The position numbers were made by a program, and so were the translations under genes. Below the pieces are notes generated by a model. The model ran no database searches. It was not told the origin of the DNA and worked only from the letters and a program-made list of their open reading frames with translations. From Ignavibacteriota bacterium (GTDB taxonomy: Bacteria > Bacteroidota > Ignavibacteria > UBA10030 > UBA6906), in contig CAWDEM010000008.1 of the NCBI GenBank assembly GCA_963801355.1, positions 704,001 through 768,000 on the forward strand: a stretch of 64,000 nt of DNA. The letters run 5' to 3'. Position 1 is the stretch's first letter, and the number at the start of each line of letters is the position of its first letter. Below are positions 48,544 to 57,832 of this stretch, piece after piece.

Positions 48544-50982
48544 CTACTTCGAGCCAATCACAACAAGTGATTCCTTCAATCCGGCCGATGTTGCCTTCAC
48601 GCTGATGCTCCCGGCCACCTCTGTTGACTGGATCACGGCAAGACAGAGACCATTGAACGCCTTCCGGGAGCTTGCCTTGAAAGATTCAGCACTTGTCTGA
48701 AGGCCGTTGTCGACCCCGATGATTTTCCCCTCACCGACGACGGTGAATTCAACAAGGTTGGCCGCATCGGGAACAACTGTCCCCTTCTCATCCACCACGC
48801 TGACCGTAACGAAGGAAAGGTCCCTGCCGTCCGCGGCGATTAGCACTCTATCGGGATCCAGGACAATCCGTGCCGGCGCTCCGGCTGTTGTGACTTCGCG
48901 GATCAACGCCTCCCTGCCACTGGTGCGGCCGATGGCCTTCAACGTTCCCGGAGCAAAGGGGACGCGCCATTGGAGATGCAGATCGTCGTTGTTCTTCTTC
49001 TTCGAGCCGAGCGAGTGACCGTTCAAGAGGAGCTCCACCTCTGCACAGTTTGTGTAGGCCCAAATATCCACCGTGTCGCCTGGCTGCCAATTCCAATGGG
49101 GAAAGACGTGCAGCACCGGCGTGTCGGTCCACTCGCTCTGATACATGTAGTAGGCATCCTTCGGAAAACCCGCCAGATCCACAATGCCAAAATAAGAGCT
49201 TCGCGCCGGCCAGCTGTATGGTGTGGGTTCTCCCAGATAGTCGAAGCCTGTCCATATATACATACCCGACAGGAAATCGTGCTTCTTGATGATCTTCCAT
49301 GTCGCTGCATGTGTAGAACCCCACGGCACGCAGCAGTTGTCATACGCTGAACACGTCAGGTCCGCATTTCCGCCTGTGAAAGGGATGTCCCAGCGGATTG
49401 GCCAGACGCGCACACTGTCTGATGGCATATCATAGTGCCCCCGGGTTTCCAATGACGAAGTGGTCTCGGTACCAATAAAAGGCTTGTCCGGGTGGATTTT
49501 CAGGAAATCCGCAAACGTCTCGTGGTGGTAGTTCAGGCCCGTGAGATCGAGCGCCCCGGACCTGAGGACCGGGTTCTGCGGATCGACGTTGTTGCATGCC
49601 GACGTTATGGGCCGGGTCGCGTCGAGCTGTTTAACGATCCCCGCCAGCTCCTGTGCAATGACAGCGCCGCTGCTGTCTTTCATGTCATATTGTTCCATGA
49701 CTTCATTGCCGATACTCCAGATGACAACACTCGGATGGTTCCGGTCACGCAGAACCATATCTTGAAGATCCCGCCGGTGCCATTCGTCCCAGTTGACAGC
49801 ATAGTCGTATTCGGTCTTCTTTATCTTCCACATGTCGAACGCCTCATCCATCACAATGAACCCCATCCTGTCGCACAACTCCAGGAGCTCGGGAGCGGGC
49901 GGGTTGTGGGACGTGCGAATACTATTGACTCCCATCGCCTTCATGATCTCGAGTTGACGTTCCAGCGCCCGTCTGTTCACTGCTGCGCCGAGACAGCCCA
50001 GATCATGGTGATTGCAGACTCCTCTAATCTTTGTCTGCTTGCCATTCAGGGAAAAGCCTTTCTCGCGGTCGAACACGAACGTGCGGATCCCGAAGGGCGT
50101 CTCGTAGTCATCGTACATCCGGCCGTTGCTTTCGATCGTCGTGACGGCCCTGTACAGGCGTGGGGTTTCAAGCGTCCACAACGCCGGCTTGTCCACTCCC
50201 AACGCCTGGGAGATCTCGTGCGTTGAGTCGTTTGGCAGCATGTACTGTGACTCCACACGGGCGACGGTGAGTCCGGCATCGTCGACAACAACGGTTTTGA
50301 GCACGATAGGCTGATTCTCCCGGGACGCATTCCTGACTCTTGTAGTGATCAACACTTTAGCAGATGCTTCAGTCGCCTCCGGGGTTGTCACGACGGTTCC
50401 CCAATGATCAACACAAATTTTTTCCGTGATGACAAGCCGGACGTTTCTGTAGATACCCGAGCCGGAATACCACCTCGAATTCGGCTGCTCGGAATTGTCG
50501 ACCCTGACCGCAATGACGTTCTTCTCATCCCCGTACTTTAGAAACGACGTCAACTCATACCTGAAAGAACTGTATCCATACGGGCGTTTGCCGAGATATT
50601 GACCGTTGATCCATACTTCGCTGTTCCTGTAGACTCCGTCGAATTCGACAGAGACAAGCTTGCTCGTGTCCGATGCTGGCAATGTGAACGATTTGCGGTA
50701 CCATCCAATGCCGCCCGGCAGCGCGCCGCCTCCGGGGGTGGCAGGATGGTCCTTGCTGAAAGCCCCTTCGATGCTCCAGTCGTGCGGGAGGCCGAGAATT
50801 CGCCATTGGGAATCGTTCAATGCCGGTTCCTGGCCATTTGGAACATCCCCCAGATGGAATAACCAGCCCTTCGTGAAGAGCTCGGTCTTTCTGACGTTCG
50901 ACGGCGTGACCGAGCATGCAACCAGCGACCAGGCCAGGACGGCGGCAATGGCGAGATCACATGCAAGTGCGGAGGCTTTCAT
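48544..50982 (-). CDS. GH2 beta-galactosidase (GalB-like), secreted/lipoprotein
   Basis: PHDWSIE, GVCNHHD, IRTSHNP, WSIGNE, WTGFDY; leader ending LVAC. Confidence 0.92.
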   Translation of the reverse strand: MKASALACDLAIAAVLAWSLVACSVTPSNVRKTELFTKGWLFHLGDVPNGQEPALNDSQWRILGLPHDWSIEGAFSKDHPATPGGGALPGGIGWYRKSFTLPASDTSKLVSVEFDGVYRNSEVWINGQYLGKRPYGYSSFRYELTSFLKYGDEKNVIAVRVDNSEQPNSRWYSGSGIYRNVRLVITEKICVDHWGTVVTTPEATEASAKVLITTRVRNASRENQPIVLKTVVVDDAGLTVARVESQYMLPNDSTHEISQALGVDKPALWTLETPRLYRAVTTIESNGRMYDDYETPFGIRTFVFDREKGFSLNGKQTKIRGVCNHHDLGCLGAAVNRRALERQLEIMKAMGVNSIRTSHNPPAPELLELCDRMGFIVMDEAFDMWKIKKTEYDYAVNWDEWHRRDLQDMVLRDRNHPSVVIWSIGNEVMEQYDMKDSSGAVIAQELAGIVKQLDATRPITSACNNVDPQNPVLRSGALDLTGLNYHHETFADFLKIHPDKPFIGTETTSSLETRGHYDMPSDSVRVWPIRWDIPFTGGNADLTCSAYDNCCVPWGSTHAATWKIIKKHDFLSGMYIWTGFDYLGEPTPYSWPARSSYFGIVDLAGFPKDAYYMYQSEWTDTPVLHVFPHWNWQPGDTVDIWAYTNCAEVELLLNGHSLGSKKKNNDDLHLQWRVPFAPGTLKAIGRTSGREALIREVTTAGAPARIVLDPDRVLIAADGRDLSFVTVSVVDEKGTVVPDAANLVEFTVVGEGKIIGVDNGLQTSAESFKASSRKAFNGLCLAVIQSTEVAGSISVKATSAGLKESLVVIGSK

Positions 50983-51212
50983 GAGCGGTGTCCTCTTGTG
51001 TGGCGAAACAGTGTTGTGTCAGTCCCTGATGGTTGTCTTTGAGATCCTTTGTACCAACCGTTGCTACCATTGGGTGTGGTGCACGAGCTACCCGTAGGAA
51101 TATGCCCCTTCTCTTCACTGTGACGCCGTCCGTTTTCAAAGCAGGGCGCTCGTGAGAGAATTCTGCTGGCGTATGGTCTCGGACTGGAGTTCCCAGCACG
51201 AACGCCTCAGGC

Positions 51213-53726
51213 TCAATCCTCTTTAGGACGATACGTCCACTCACACGAATCCGTATACGTCTTTTCCCCCTGTCTCGCGGTTACATCAATCCGGTTGCGC
51301 CCCGGAGCGAGCCCGATCTCATCCCAACGGATCTTGTGGATGTCCGACTCCATTCTCTTCCTGGAAACAAGAGTCCCGTTGACGCGGAGCTCCACTTCAC
51401 CGAGATTGGTGTATACTTCGACCGGCACAGACGGCTCCGTCCGGTCTGTGTGTCGCCGGCTCAGAAGATACAGCACCGGCTCCGCAGACCAGTTGGCCTT
51501 GTAGAAATAGAATGCATCCTTCTTGGTCTGGCGGTCGTGGGTGATGAGTCCCTTGTGGTTAATGAAATCACGATCGCCCCGCCGGACATTGGTCCAGCTG
51601 AAATCCGCCAGATTCCAGATGAATTTACACCAGATGTCTTTTCTATTCTTAAGTTCCTCCCAGACCTTTTCGTGGTAGAGGCGCTGGTACTGCTCAGGAA
51701 AGAAGCGTCCTTTGTCGGCATCCGGCCGCGGCGGGTTCTCCCGCTGCTGACTGATACATCCGCCCGCACCGTATTCGCTGAGGCCCGCCTTTAAGGTCGG
51801 CTGACTCCGGCGGGCCCGATCGAACCATGGGCCGTACTCGCCGAATTGGCCGTAGTACCAACCGAAGTACCAGTTCCACGCGGCGACATCCGTAATCAGA
51901 TGCCGCTCGCTTACCTGACTATTGTCCGCCTGAGTGGTAAGCCGGTCTGGATCAAGCCGCTTTGCCGTATCGTGCAGAAGTTTCAGGTCGGCAAACGGAA
52001 TGTCGATCTCATTGTAGAGACCCCAGAACAGGATCGACGGGTGATTGATGTTCTGCTTGATCAACTCGGTCAACTGGTCTCTGCAATTCTGCAGGTAGTC
52101 AGGATGTTTCCGGTATGCCGGCGTGTTCGGAATCTCGGCCCAGACCACCAGCCCGTGTTCATCGCACAGGCTGTACATCTTGTCTGCCTGCTGGTAGTGC
52201 GCGAGCCGCACACCTGTCGCGCCCAACTCCAGAATCAAATCCACATCCTTTTCGTGGTGGGCGTCAGAGAGCGCAGGTCCCAGTCCTTCCCATTCCTGAT
52301 GCCGCGAGACGCCGTAAAGGGAATACGGCCGGCCGTTCAGTATCAGACCGCTGTCCCTGTCGACGTGAAAGAAGCGGAGGCCGAATGGTTGATCCACTTC
52401 ATCGAGCACACTCCCCTGCGCATCCTCAAGCCGGATATTGACCCGGTACAGATATGGATCGGTTTTTGCATTCCAGAGATGGGGACGATCCAGGTGAAAA
52501 TGCTGAACAGCAGTCAGCTCCCCGTTGTTGTCGACCGCGACCGTTTGCCGGTTTCCGGCGACCGGCTTTCGCTCCCGGTTGATCACGGATGCCAGTACCA
52601 CGGCTTCGACTTTCTGTGTCGCATTGTCCATCAGCTTCCAGCCGAAGACCACGGAGGCGTCTCCGCCGGACTCGTTGTATTCGATCGCAATCTGCGTCTC
52701 CTTTCCGGCCTCGAGCTTCACGTCGTACGACTTCTCCGTGGCGGCATGTGTACCCCAATGGTCGATGATACGCCGGTCGTCCAGATACAGCCTCGAACCG
52801 TCGTCACTCTTCATCACGAAGCGATAGGACCCGGACCGCAAAGGAACCAATCTGCCCGTCCAGCGGATTGAGAAATGGTCGGCAGGCATGTCAGCAAGGG
52901 CGCTGCCTGCTCCGAAGTTGAAGGAAACGGCTTCATCTATCCGCGTGTGCCTGGGTTTTCCTTGAAACGTTTCGTTGTCGTAGTACTCACCATACAGCCC
53001 CGTTCCTTTCATTCCCCGGGGGGGCAGTAACTGAGGCGAAGCGGTCTGCAGGGGGGGCTCATAGCAGTAGCTCACCCTGGTCTCAACTTCGATTTCGGCT
53101 TCCGTTTCCGATACCCGGAGGGGTTTCACGGTGACGCCGCTGGAGGCGAAATCAAGGGGCGATACGCAAAGATTGTCGGTCTGGAACAGGGCCACGGGCC
53201 GGTAGATGCCTCCAAAGAGAGGATAGAGATCGGTTCCCGAAGGGGCGACTTCCGGCTGCATGGTGTTGTCCACCTTCACGGCAAGCAGGTTTTCCCCGCC
53301 GGCGAGGAGATACTTCGTGACCTCATAGCAGAATGCGGAATAGCCGCCCTTGTGTTTTCCCACGTACTCGCCGTTCACGAACACGTCCGCCACAACCGAA
53401 ACACCTTCAAACCTGATGTATGTGCGTGCGGCAGGCCAGTCGCGGGGGATCGTGAAGCTCGTCCGGTACCACCCGATGCCCTGATAGTACCGGTCCCCTT
53501 CGGTAAGAACATCCTGGGCGTTCCACGTGTGCGGCACGGTAATCCGGGACCAGTCGTCAGACGAGAGCAGTCGCGGACTCTCGGCGGAATGGATGTCGCC
53601 TTTGTGGAAGGTCCATTGCTTGAACTGCAATCGATTGCGATGCTGGAGAAAGCTCTGTGAAGACGCAGCAATCGTTCCGACAAGGAGCATACCCAGAACC
53701 TGACAGAGAACGCGATTGAGGATCAT
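51213..53726 (-). CDS. GH2 glycoside hydrolase with inserted PA14 domain
   Basis: VPHTWN, GVSRHQE, RLAHY, WGLYNE, SEYG; PA14-like GLYGEYY...FSIRWTG...SDDGSRL. Confidence 0.88.
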   Translation of the reverse strand: MILNRVLCQVLGMLLVGTIAASSQSFLQHRNRLQFKQWTFHKGDIHSAESPRLLSSDDWSRITVPHTWNAQDVLTEGDRYYQGIGWYRTSFTIPRDWPAARTYIRFEGVSVVADVFVNGEYVGKHKGGYSAFCYEVTKYLLAGGENLLAVKVDNTMQPEVAPSGTDLYPLFGGIYRPVALFQTDNLCVSPLDFASSGVTVKPLRVSETEAEIEVETRVSYCYEPPLQTASPQLLPPRGMKGTGLYGEYYDNETFQGKPRHTRIDEAVSFNFGAGSALADMPADHFSIRWTGRLVPLRSGSYRFVMKSDDGSRLYLDDRRIIDHWGTHAATEKSYDVKLEAGKETQIAIEYNESGGDASVVFGWKLMDNATQKVEAVVLASVINRERKPVAGNRQTVAVDNNGELTAVQHFHLDRPHLWNAKTDPYLYRVNIRLEDAQGSVLDEVDQPFGLRFFHVDRDSGLILNGRPYSLYGVSRHQEWEGLGPALSDAHHEKDVDLILELGATGVRLAHYQQADKMYSLCDEHGLVVWAEIPNTPAYRKHPDYLQNCRDQLTELIKQNINHPSILFWGLYNEIDIPFADLKLLHDTAKRLDPDRLTTQADNSQVSERHLITDVAAWNWYFGWYYGQFGEYGPWFDRARRSQPTLKAGLSEYGAGGCISQQRENPPRPDADKGRFFPEQYQRLYHEKVWEELKNRKDIWCKFIWNLADFSWTNVRRGDRDFINHKGLITHDRQTKKDAFYFYKANWSAEPVLYLLSRRHTDRTEPSVPVEVYTNLGEVELRVNGTLVSRKRMESDIHKIRWDEIGLAPGRNRIDVTARQGEKTYTDSCEWTYRPKED

Positions 53727-53740
53727 CCGGGCTCCCGGCT

Positions 53741-56584
53741 TTACTTCTTCATCTTGATTATGCGCTGGCTCCCATCGTACGTCACTGTCGCATCTGGTTT
53801 CGACAGGAACTCGAGAGCTGCGGGTTTGTGTTTTGCGATCCATACGATTTCAAATGTGCGACTCTTCAGCATGCCAGGGAAAATCCCTTCCCGCTTGCCT
53901 ATCGTCAGGACCCCATCTTCTTCCCGATAGGTCAACTGAATCGTCGAGAAGATCCCCTTCTCATAATTGTAGTTCACGTTTTCGTCTTCGTAGAGTGTGA
54001 ATGAGGCATCTTTCCCGGTGCAGACGAAGAGGCGGATGGGGTCAGCCGGCTTTTCCTCGGTGTACTGCAATTCCGGGCCACAGGGGAGAATTGCGCCTTC
54101 CTTCAGAAAGACCGGTATGTCTGTATACGGCGCATCGGCCTTCACGGTCTGTCCCCCCGTATAGTAGCGCCCCGAATGCATGTTATACCAGCCGTCACCG
54201 GTGGGAAGGTAGACGTAGCGCGTTCTCGCCTTGTACTCGGTAACGGGATTTATCAGCATCGAAGGACCAAACATGAATTGATCAGCGATGCCGAGAACAT
54301 TCCGGTCCAGACCAAAATCCATCACCAGCGCACGCATGATTGTGTAATCCCGTTGTGTGACCATGCCGGTAAGCGAATAGATGTACGGCATCAGCCGGTA
54401 GCGCAGCTTGTCGTAGGCAAGCATGGACTGGTATGCCGGATGAGTTGCGGGGGCAATCTCATACATCTCGCGGTACGGGAACTGGCCGTGGACTCTGAAG
54501 AGCGGACAAAACGTCCCGAACTGGAACCAACGGGTGTTCAGTTCCCGCCATTCCTCCAGGTCGGATGCATTCGGATGCTCGTAGCGCGGCTCCACCGCAA
54601 AACCGCCGATATCGGTGGTCCAGTACGGACACCCGGAGAGGCTGAAGTTCAGCCCGGCTGGTATTTGATTCCGGAGATCAAACCACCGCGCCGCAATATC
54701 ACCGCTCCAAGTGGTTGCCGCATAGCGTTGCTGCCCTGCGAAGGCGGAGCGCGTCAGAATGAACACCCGTTGATCGGGAGCAGTCGCCCGCTGGTTCTCG
54801 TACACTCCCCTGCTCGTCATCAGCGAGTAGGTGTTCAAATACCTCGAGGCGCTCCCCATTGCAGTCGGACCCTGGCGCAGTATGGTTTCGGTTCTTGACA
54901 GATTTGACTGCATATCCGGTTCCGTGGAGTCCAACCACCAGGCATCAAACCCTTTCGTGAAGAGTTTCTCGTTCATCCGTTTCCAGTAGAGGCTGCGTGC
55001 TCCCTCACTGTAGGGATCGTAGAACGCCGAGACATAGCCGGGCCCCACCCAGTCGCGCTGTCCTTTCTCCACATTGCGCATGTACAGCCAGCCCTGTTCC
55101 TTCATCTCTTCATAGTGCTTCGTGCCCACATAAAATTTCGGCCAGACCGAGATCATGATGTGCATGTGCAAATCGTTGTGCAGCTGCTTCACCATCCCAT
55201 CGGGATCCGGGAACCGTTCACCGTCAAACTCGTGGCTGCCCCACTGGTCTTCTTTCCAGTAGAACCAATCCTGCACGATGTTGTCCAGGGGAATCTTCCG
55301 ATTGCGGAACTCCTTTACGACGGAAAGAAGCTCTTCCTGAGTTTTGTAGCGTTCACGGCATTGCCATAGTCCCATTGCCCATTTGGGCATCATTGTTGCC
55401 TTGCCCGTGATATCCCGGTACCCCTGTATGACCTGGTCGAGATTCCGGCCATGGATGAAGTAGTAGTCGATCTGATCGGCGACCTCGGAGTAGAGGGAGA
55501 ACGCGTTCTCGTTTTTCGCCTGTTCGGGCCCGAGGAATTTCAAACCGATATAGCCGCCTGTATGCACCCATTCTATCTTGATCTTGTACCGTTTCCCGGC
55601 CTGCATCTCCAACCGGGGCAGATGTGTCCAGGGAAGCCAGTTCTGTCTCCACGAGTCTACAACGAGCTTGTCATCCAGCCACATCCTGGTGTACCCGCAG
55701 CAATACAGCCGGAACTTGTGGACCCCGGACTCCCGGGAGGCAATCTCCCCGCTCCAGCGGACTGCAGCGACGTTCTCCTTGAAGCCTGGCGGGTACTCGT
55801 CATTCACGTCGATGAACTCATGTTCTATCTTCGATTCTCTGCGCGACGTGAAAAGCGAACGGAAATCGGTGTCTTTGAAATACTCTGCAGAAAGACCACC
55901 CCCGGTGCCGTCTGCACCATAGAGCGTGAGTCCCTGAAGAGACCCGTATTCGCGGATATCGCCGAACTTCGTCTGTGAATTGTTGTCCCACAGTATGCCG
56001 TAATTTTTGCTCGAGACAAGGAACGGAATCACATCGATGATGTTGTATTGCCATAGATCGACGTCGTGGCCCCGGTAGTTCATCACGCCGTTCTGATGAG
56101 CGCCCAGGCCATAGAATGCTTCATCTTCAGGAGACTCGAAGAATTGTTGGATGTGGGTGGTATGTTCTCCCATCACATCGGCCGATGTAATGATTTTCCC
56201 GCCGCCGCTCTTCTCCTGCACGAGCAGCCGTCCCCGGGCATCGAGGAACGCGACCTCCCCGGTCTTCGGCTGCACGCGGGCTGTCAACTGCGGGGTGGAT
56301 ATCTCCACGCCGTTGGCGCCTTCTTGCATCGACCAGGAGACCGGTTTCCACGAGGCTCTGTCCACCATCAGACTCGGACGCTGCGAGAAGGGCTTCTCCT
56401 GTGAGGCCACGACATGGATGATATTCTCCGTGCAGATCTGGATTTTCATCCACCGGGCATCGGTGGCCTTTTGCTGCGTGAGCTCGAAGAGAACACCGTC
56501 AGCCTGTTTCTCTTGTGGAAGAGCCGGCGGATGCGCGACCATGACGGCAGAGAAAAGGACGAGGTACCACCGGCTGTTGTTCAT
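53741..56584 (-). CDS. GH31 alpha-xylosidase-like enzyme with PA14 domain
   Basis: IVQDW, WWLDSTEPD, WSGDI, DIGGF, FRVHG; PA14 GLSAEYF...VRWSG. Confidence 0.9.
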   Translation of the reverse strand: MNNSRWYLVLFSAVMVAHPPALPQEKQADGVLFELTQQKATDARWMKIQICTENIIHVVASQEKPFSQRPSLMVDRASWKPVSWSMQEGANGVEISTPQLTARVQPKTGEVAFLDARGRLLVQEKSGGGKIITSADVMGEHTTHIQQFFESPEDEAFYGLGAHQNGVMNYRGHDVDLWQYNIIDVIPFLVSSKNYGILWDNNSQTKFGDIREYGSLQGLTLYGADGTGGGLSAEYFKDTDFRSLFTSRRESKIEHEFIDVNDEYPPGFKENVAAVRWSGEIASRESGVHKFRLYCCGYTRMWLDDKLVVDSWRQNWLPWTHLPRLEMQAGKRYKIKIEWVHTGGYIGLKFLGPEQAKNENAFSLYSEVADQIDYYFIHGRNLDQVIQGYRDITGKATMMPKWAMGLWQCRERYKTQEELLSVVKEFRNRKIPLDNIVQDWFYWKEDQWGSHEFDGERFPDPDGMVKQLHNDLHMHIMISVWPKFYVGTKHYEEMKEQGWLYMRNVEKGQRDWVGPGYVSAFYDPYSEGARSLYWKRMNEKLFTKGFDAWWLDSTEPDMQSNLSRTETILRQGPTAMGSASRYLNTYSLMTSRGVYENQRATAPDQRVFILTRSAFAGQQRYAATTWSGDIAARWFDLRNQIPAGLNFSLSGCPYWTTDIGGFAVEPRYEHPNASDLEEWRELNTRWFQFGTFCPLFRVHGQFPYREMYEIAPATHPAYQSMLAYDKLRYRLMPYIYSLTGMVTQRDYTIMRALVMDFGLDRNVLGIADQFMFGPSMLINPVTEYKARTRYVYLPTGDGWYNMHSGRYYTGGQTVKADAPYTDIPVFLKEGAILPCGPELQYTEEKPADPIRLFVCTGKDASFTLYEDENVNYNYEKGIFSTIQLTYREEDGVLTIGKREGIFPGMLKSRTFEIVWIAKHKPAALEFLSKPDATVTYDGSQRIIKMKK

Positions 56585-56628
56585 GTTGCTGCGCCTTTCG
56601 TTCCCACAAAGAAACACTTGGGCACGAT

Positions 56629-57714
56629 TCACCTCGAGAGAAGTTGGAAGAGCTTTACGTTCAAGAACAGAACCTCTTTTCCCGACTTCTTGCTGCGAAG
56701 TATGCCCGCTTTCTCAAATTCCCGCAGGTACATAGCCGCGGTCTTTCGTTCGGCTATCCCGGCGTTAACAAGGAATTGAACCTTTGTGTAGGGCTGGTGA
56801 AAGAGCAGCTCGACGAGTTCTTTGGAGTAGACCTTTGCCGGCAGGCTGGTTCGCCCGAATTCAGCGGTTTGATCGATCAGCTTGCGGATTGCGATAATCT
56901 TCTCACGGGTCTCAATTGCAGTCGTCTGAATCGCATCCAGCATGTACAGTATCCAGTTCTCCCACTCCCCTTTTGCGGTGACAGCACGCAAAAGGCGGTA
57001 GTACTCATCTTTCTTTTCGATGATATACTTGCTGAGGTACAGAATTGGGACGTCCAGAAGGCCCCGCGAAACCAGGAAGAGGCTGTTGAGTATCCGACCC
57101 GTACGGCCGTTTCCATCGGAGAAGGGATGAATCGCCTCAAACTGATAGTGAATGGCAGCGAGCTTGATGAGAGGATCCGTTTCGTCTTCTGCGTGCATAT
57201 ACTCCTCGAGATTCCTCAACTTCTCTCGAATCACGGATCCACCGGTAGGCGGGGTATAGAGAACTGCTCCGGTCCGTTTGTTTTGAATGATAGTCCCGGG
57301 GAGTTCCCGTATACCTTCCTGATTTTCTTTTATTATCCTCACCAATCGTATGAAGAGATCGATTGTCATGCGGCCGCGCTTTTTCAGCTCGTTGAACCCT
57401 TCCCACAATGCTGCACGGTACTGCAAAACCTCCTTGGTAGCCGGATCCACTCTGGATGAACCCGCTGTGAAGGCCCTGAACAGTGCATCATTCGTGGTTA
57501 TGATGTTCTCAATTTCGGAGCTCGCCTTTGCTTCACGCAGCACAAGCGAATTGACGAGTATCGACTGGTTGGGGATGGTTGCGCCAAGCCCCTTGAGTTC
57601 CGCCAGGCAGCGTCCTGCTTTGGCAACCTTTTTCAGGACTGCCTTGGTTTCAATCTCCACGCCGGGAGGAAGCAACGGGAGGTTGTTGTGAGGGATTGCG
57701 GGGTTGAAGACCAT
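56629..57714 (-). CDS. Fic family protein (class II, N-terminal inhibitory motif, C-terminal HTH-like)
   Basis: HPFSDGNGRTGR; ASSEIEN inhibitory motif; GGAGG RBS. Confidence 0.92.
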   Translation of the reverse strand: MVFNPAIPHNNLPLLPPGVEIETKAVLKKVAKAGRCLAELKGLGATIPNQSILVNSLVLREAKASSEIENIITTNDALFRAFTAGSSRVDPATKEVLQYRAALWEGFNELKKRGRMTIDLFIRLVRIIKENQEGIRELPGTIIQNKRTGAVLYTPPTGGSVIREKLRNLEEYMHAEDETDPLIKLAAIHYQFEAIHPFSDGNGRTGRILNSLFLVSRGLLDVPILYLSKYIIEKKDEYYRLLRAVTAKGEWENWILYMLDAIQTTAIETREKIIAIRKLIDQTAEFGRTSLPAKVYSKELVELLFHQPYTKVQFLVNAGIAERKTAAMYLREFEKAGILRSKKSGKEVLFLNVKLFQLLSR

Positions 57715-57742
57715 AGCACCTCCGGGATGCGTGCAAACGGCT

Positions 57743-57820
57743 CATGTCCACACCGTGGACATGTTAAATAAACGTGTCCACAAAGTCAAGCAATATGGAC
57801 ACGTACTGAAAACGTGCCCA
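57743..57820 (-). promoter_or_regulatory. fic promoter with repeated TGTCCA operator half-sites
   Basis: Minus strand TTGACT(57789-84)-17nt-TAACAT(57766-61); CATGTCCAC-N3-GTGGACATG and ACGTGTCCA-N15-TGGACACGT. Confidence 0.65.
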
Positions 57821-57832
57821 TCAGCACAGTGT

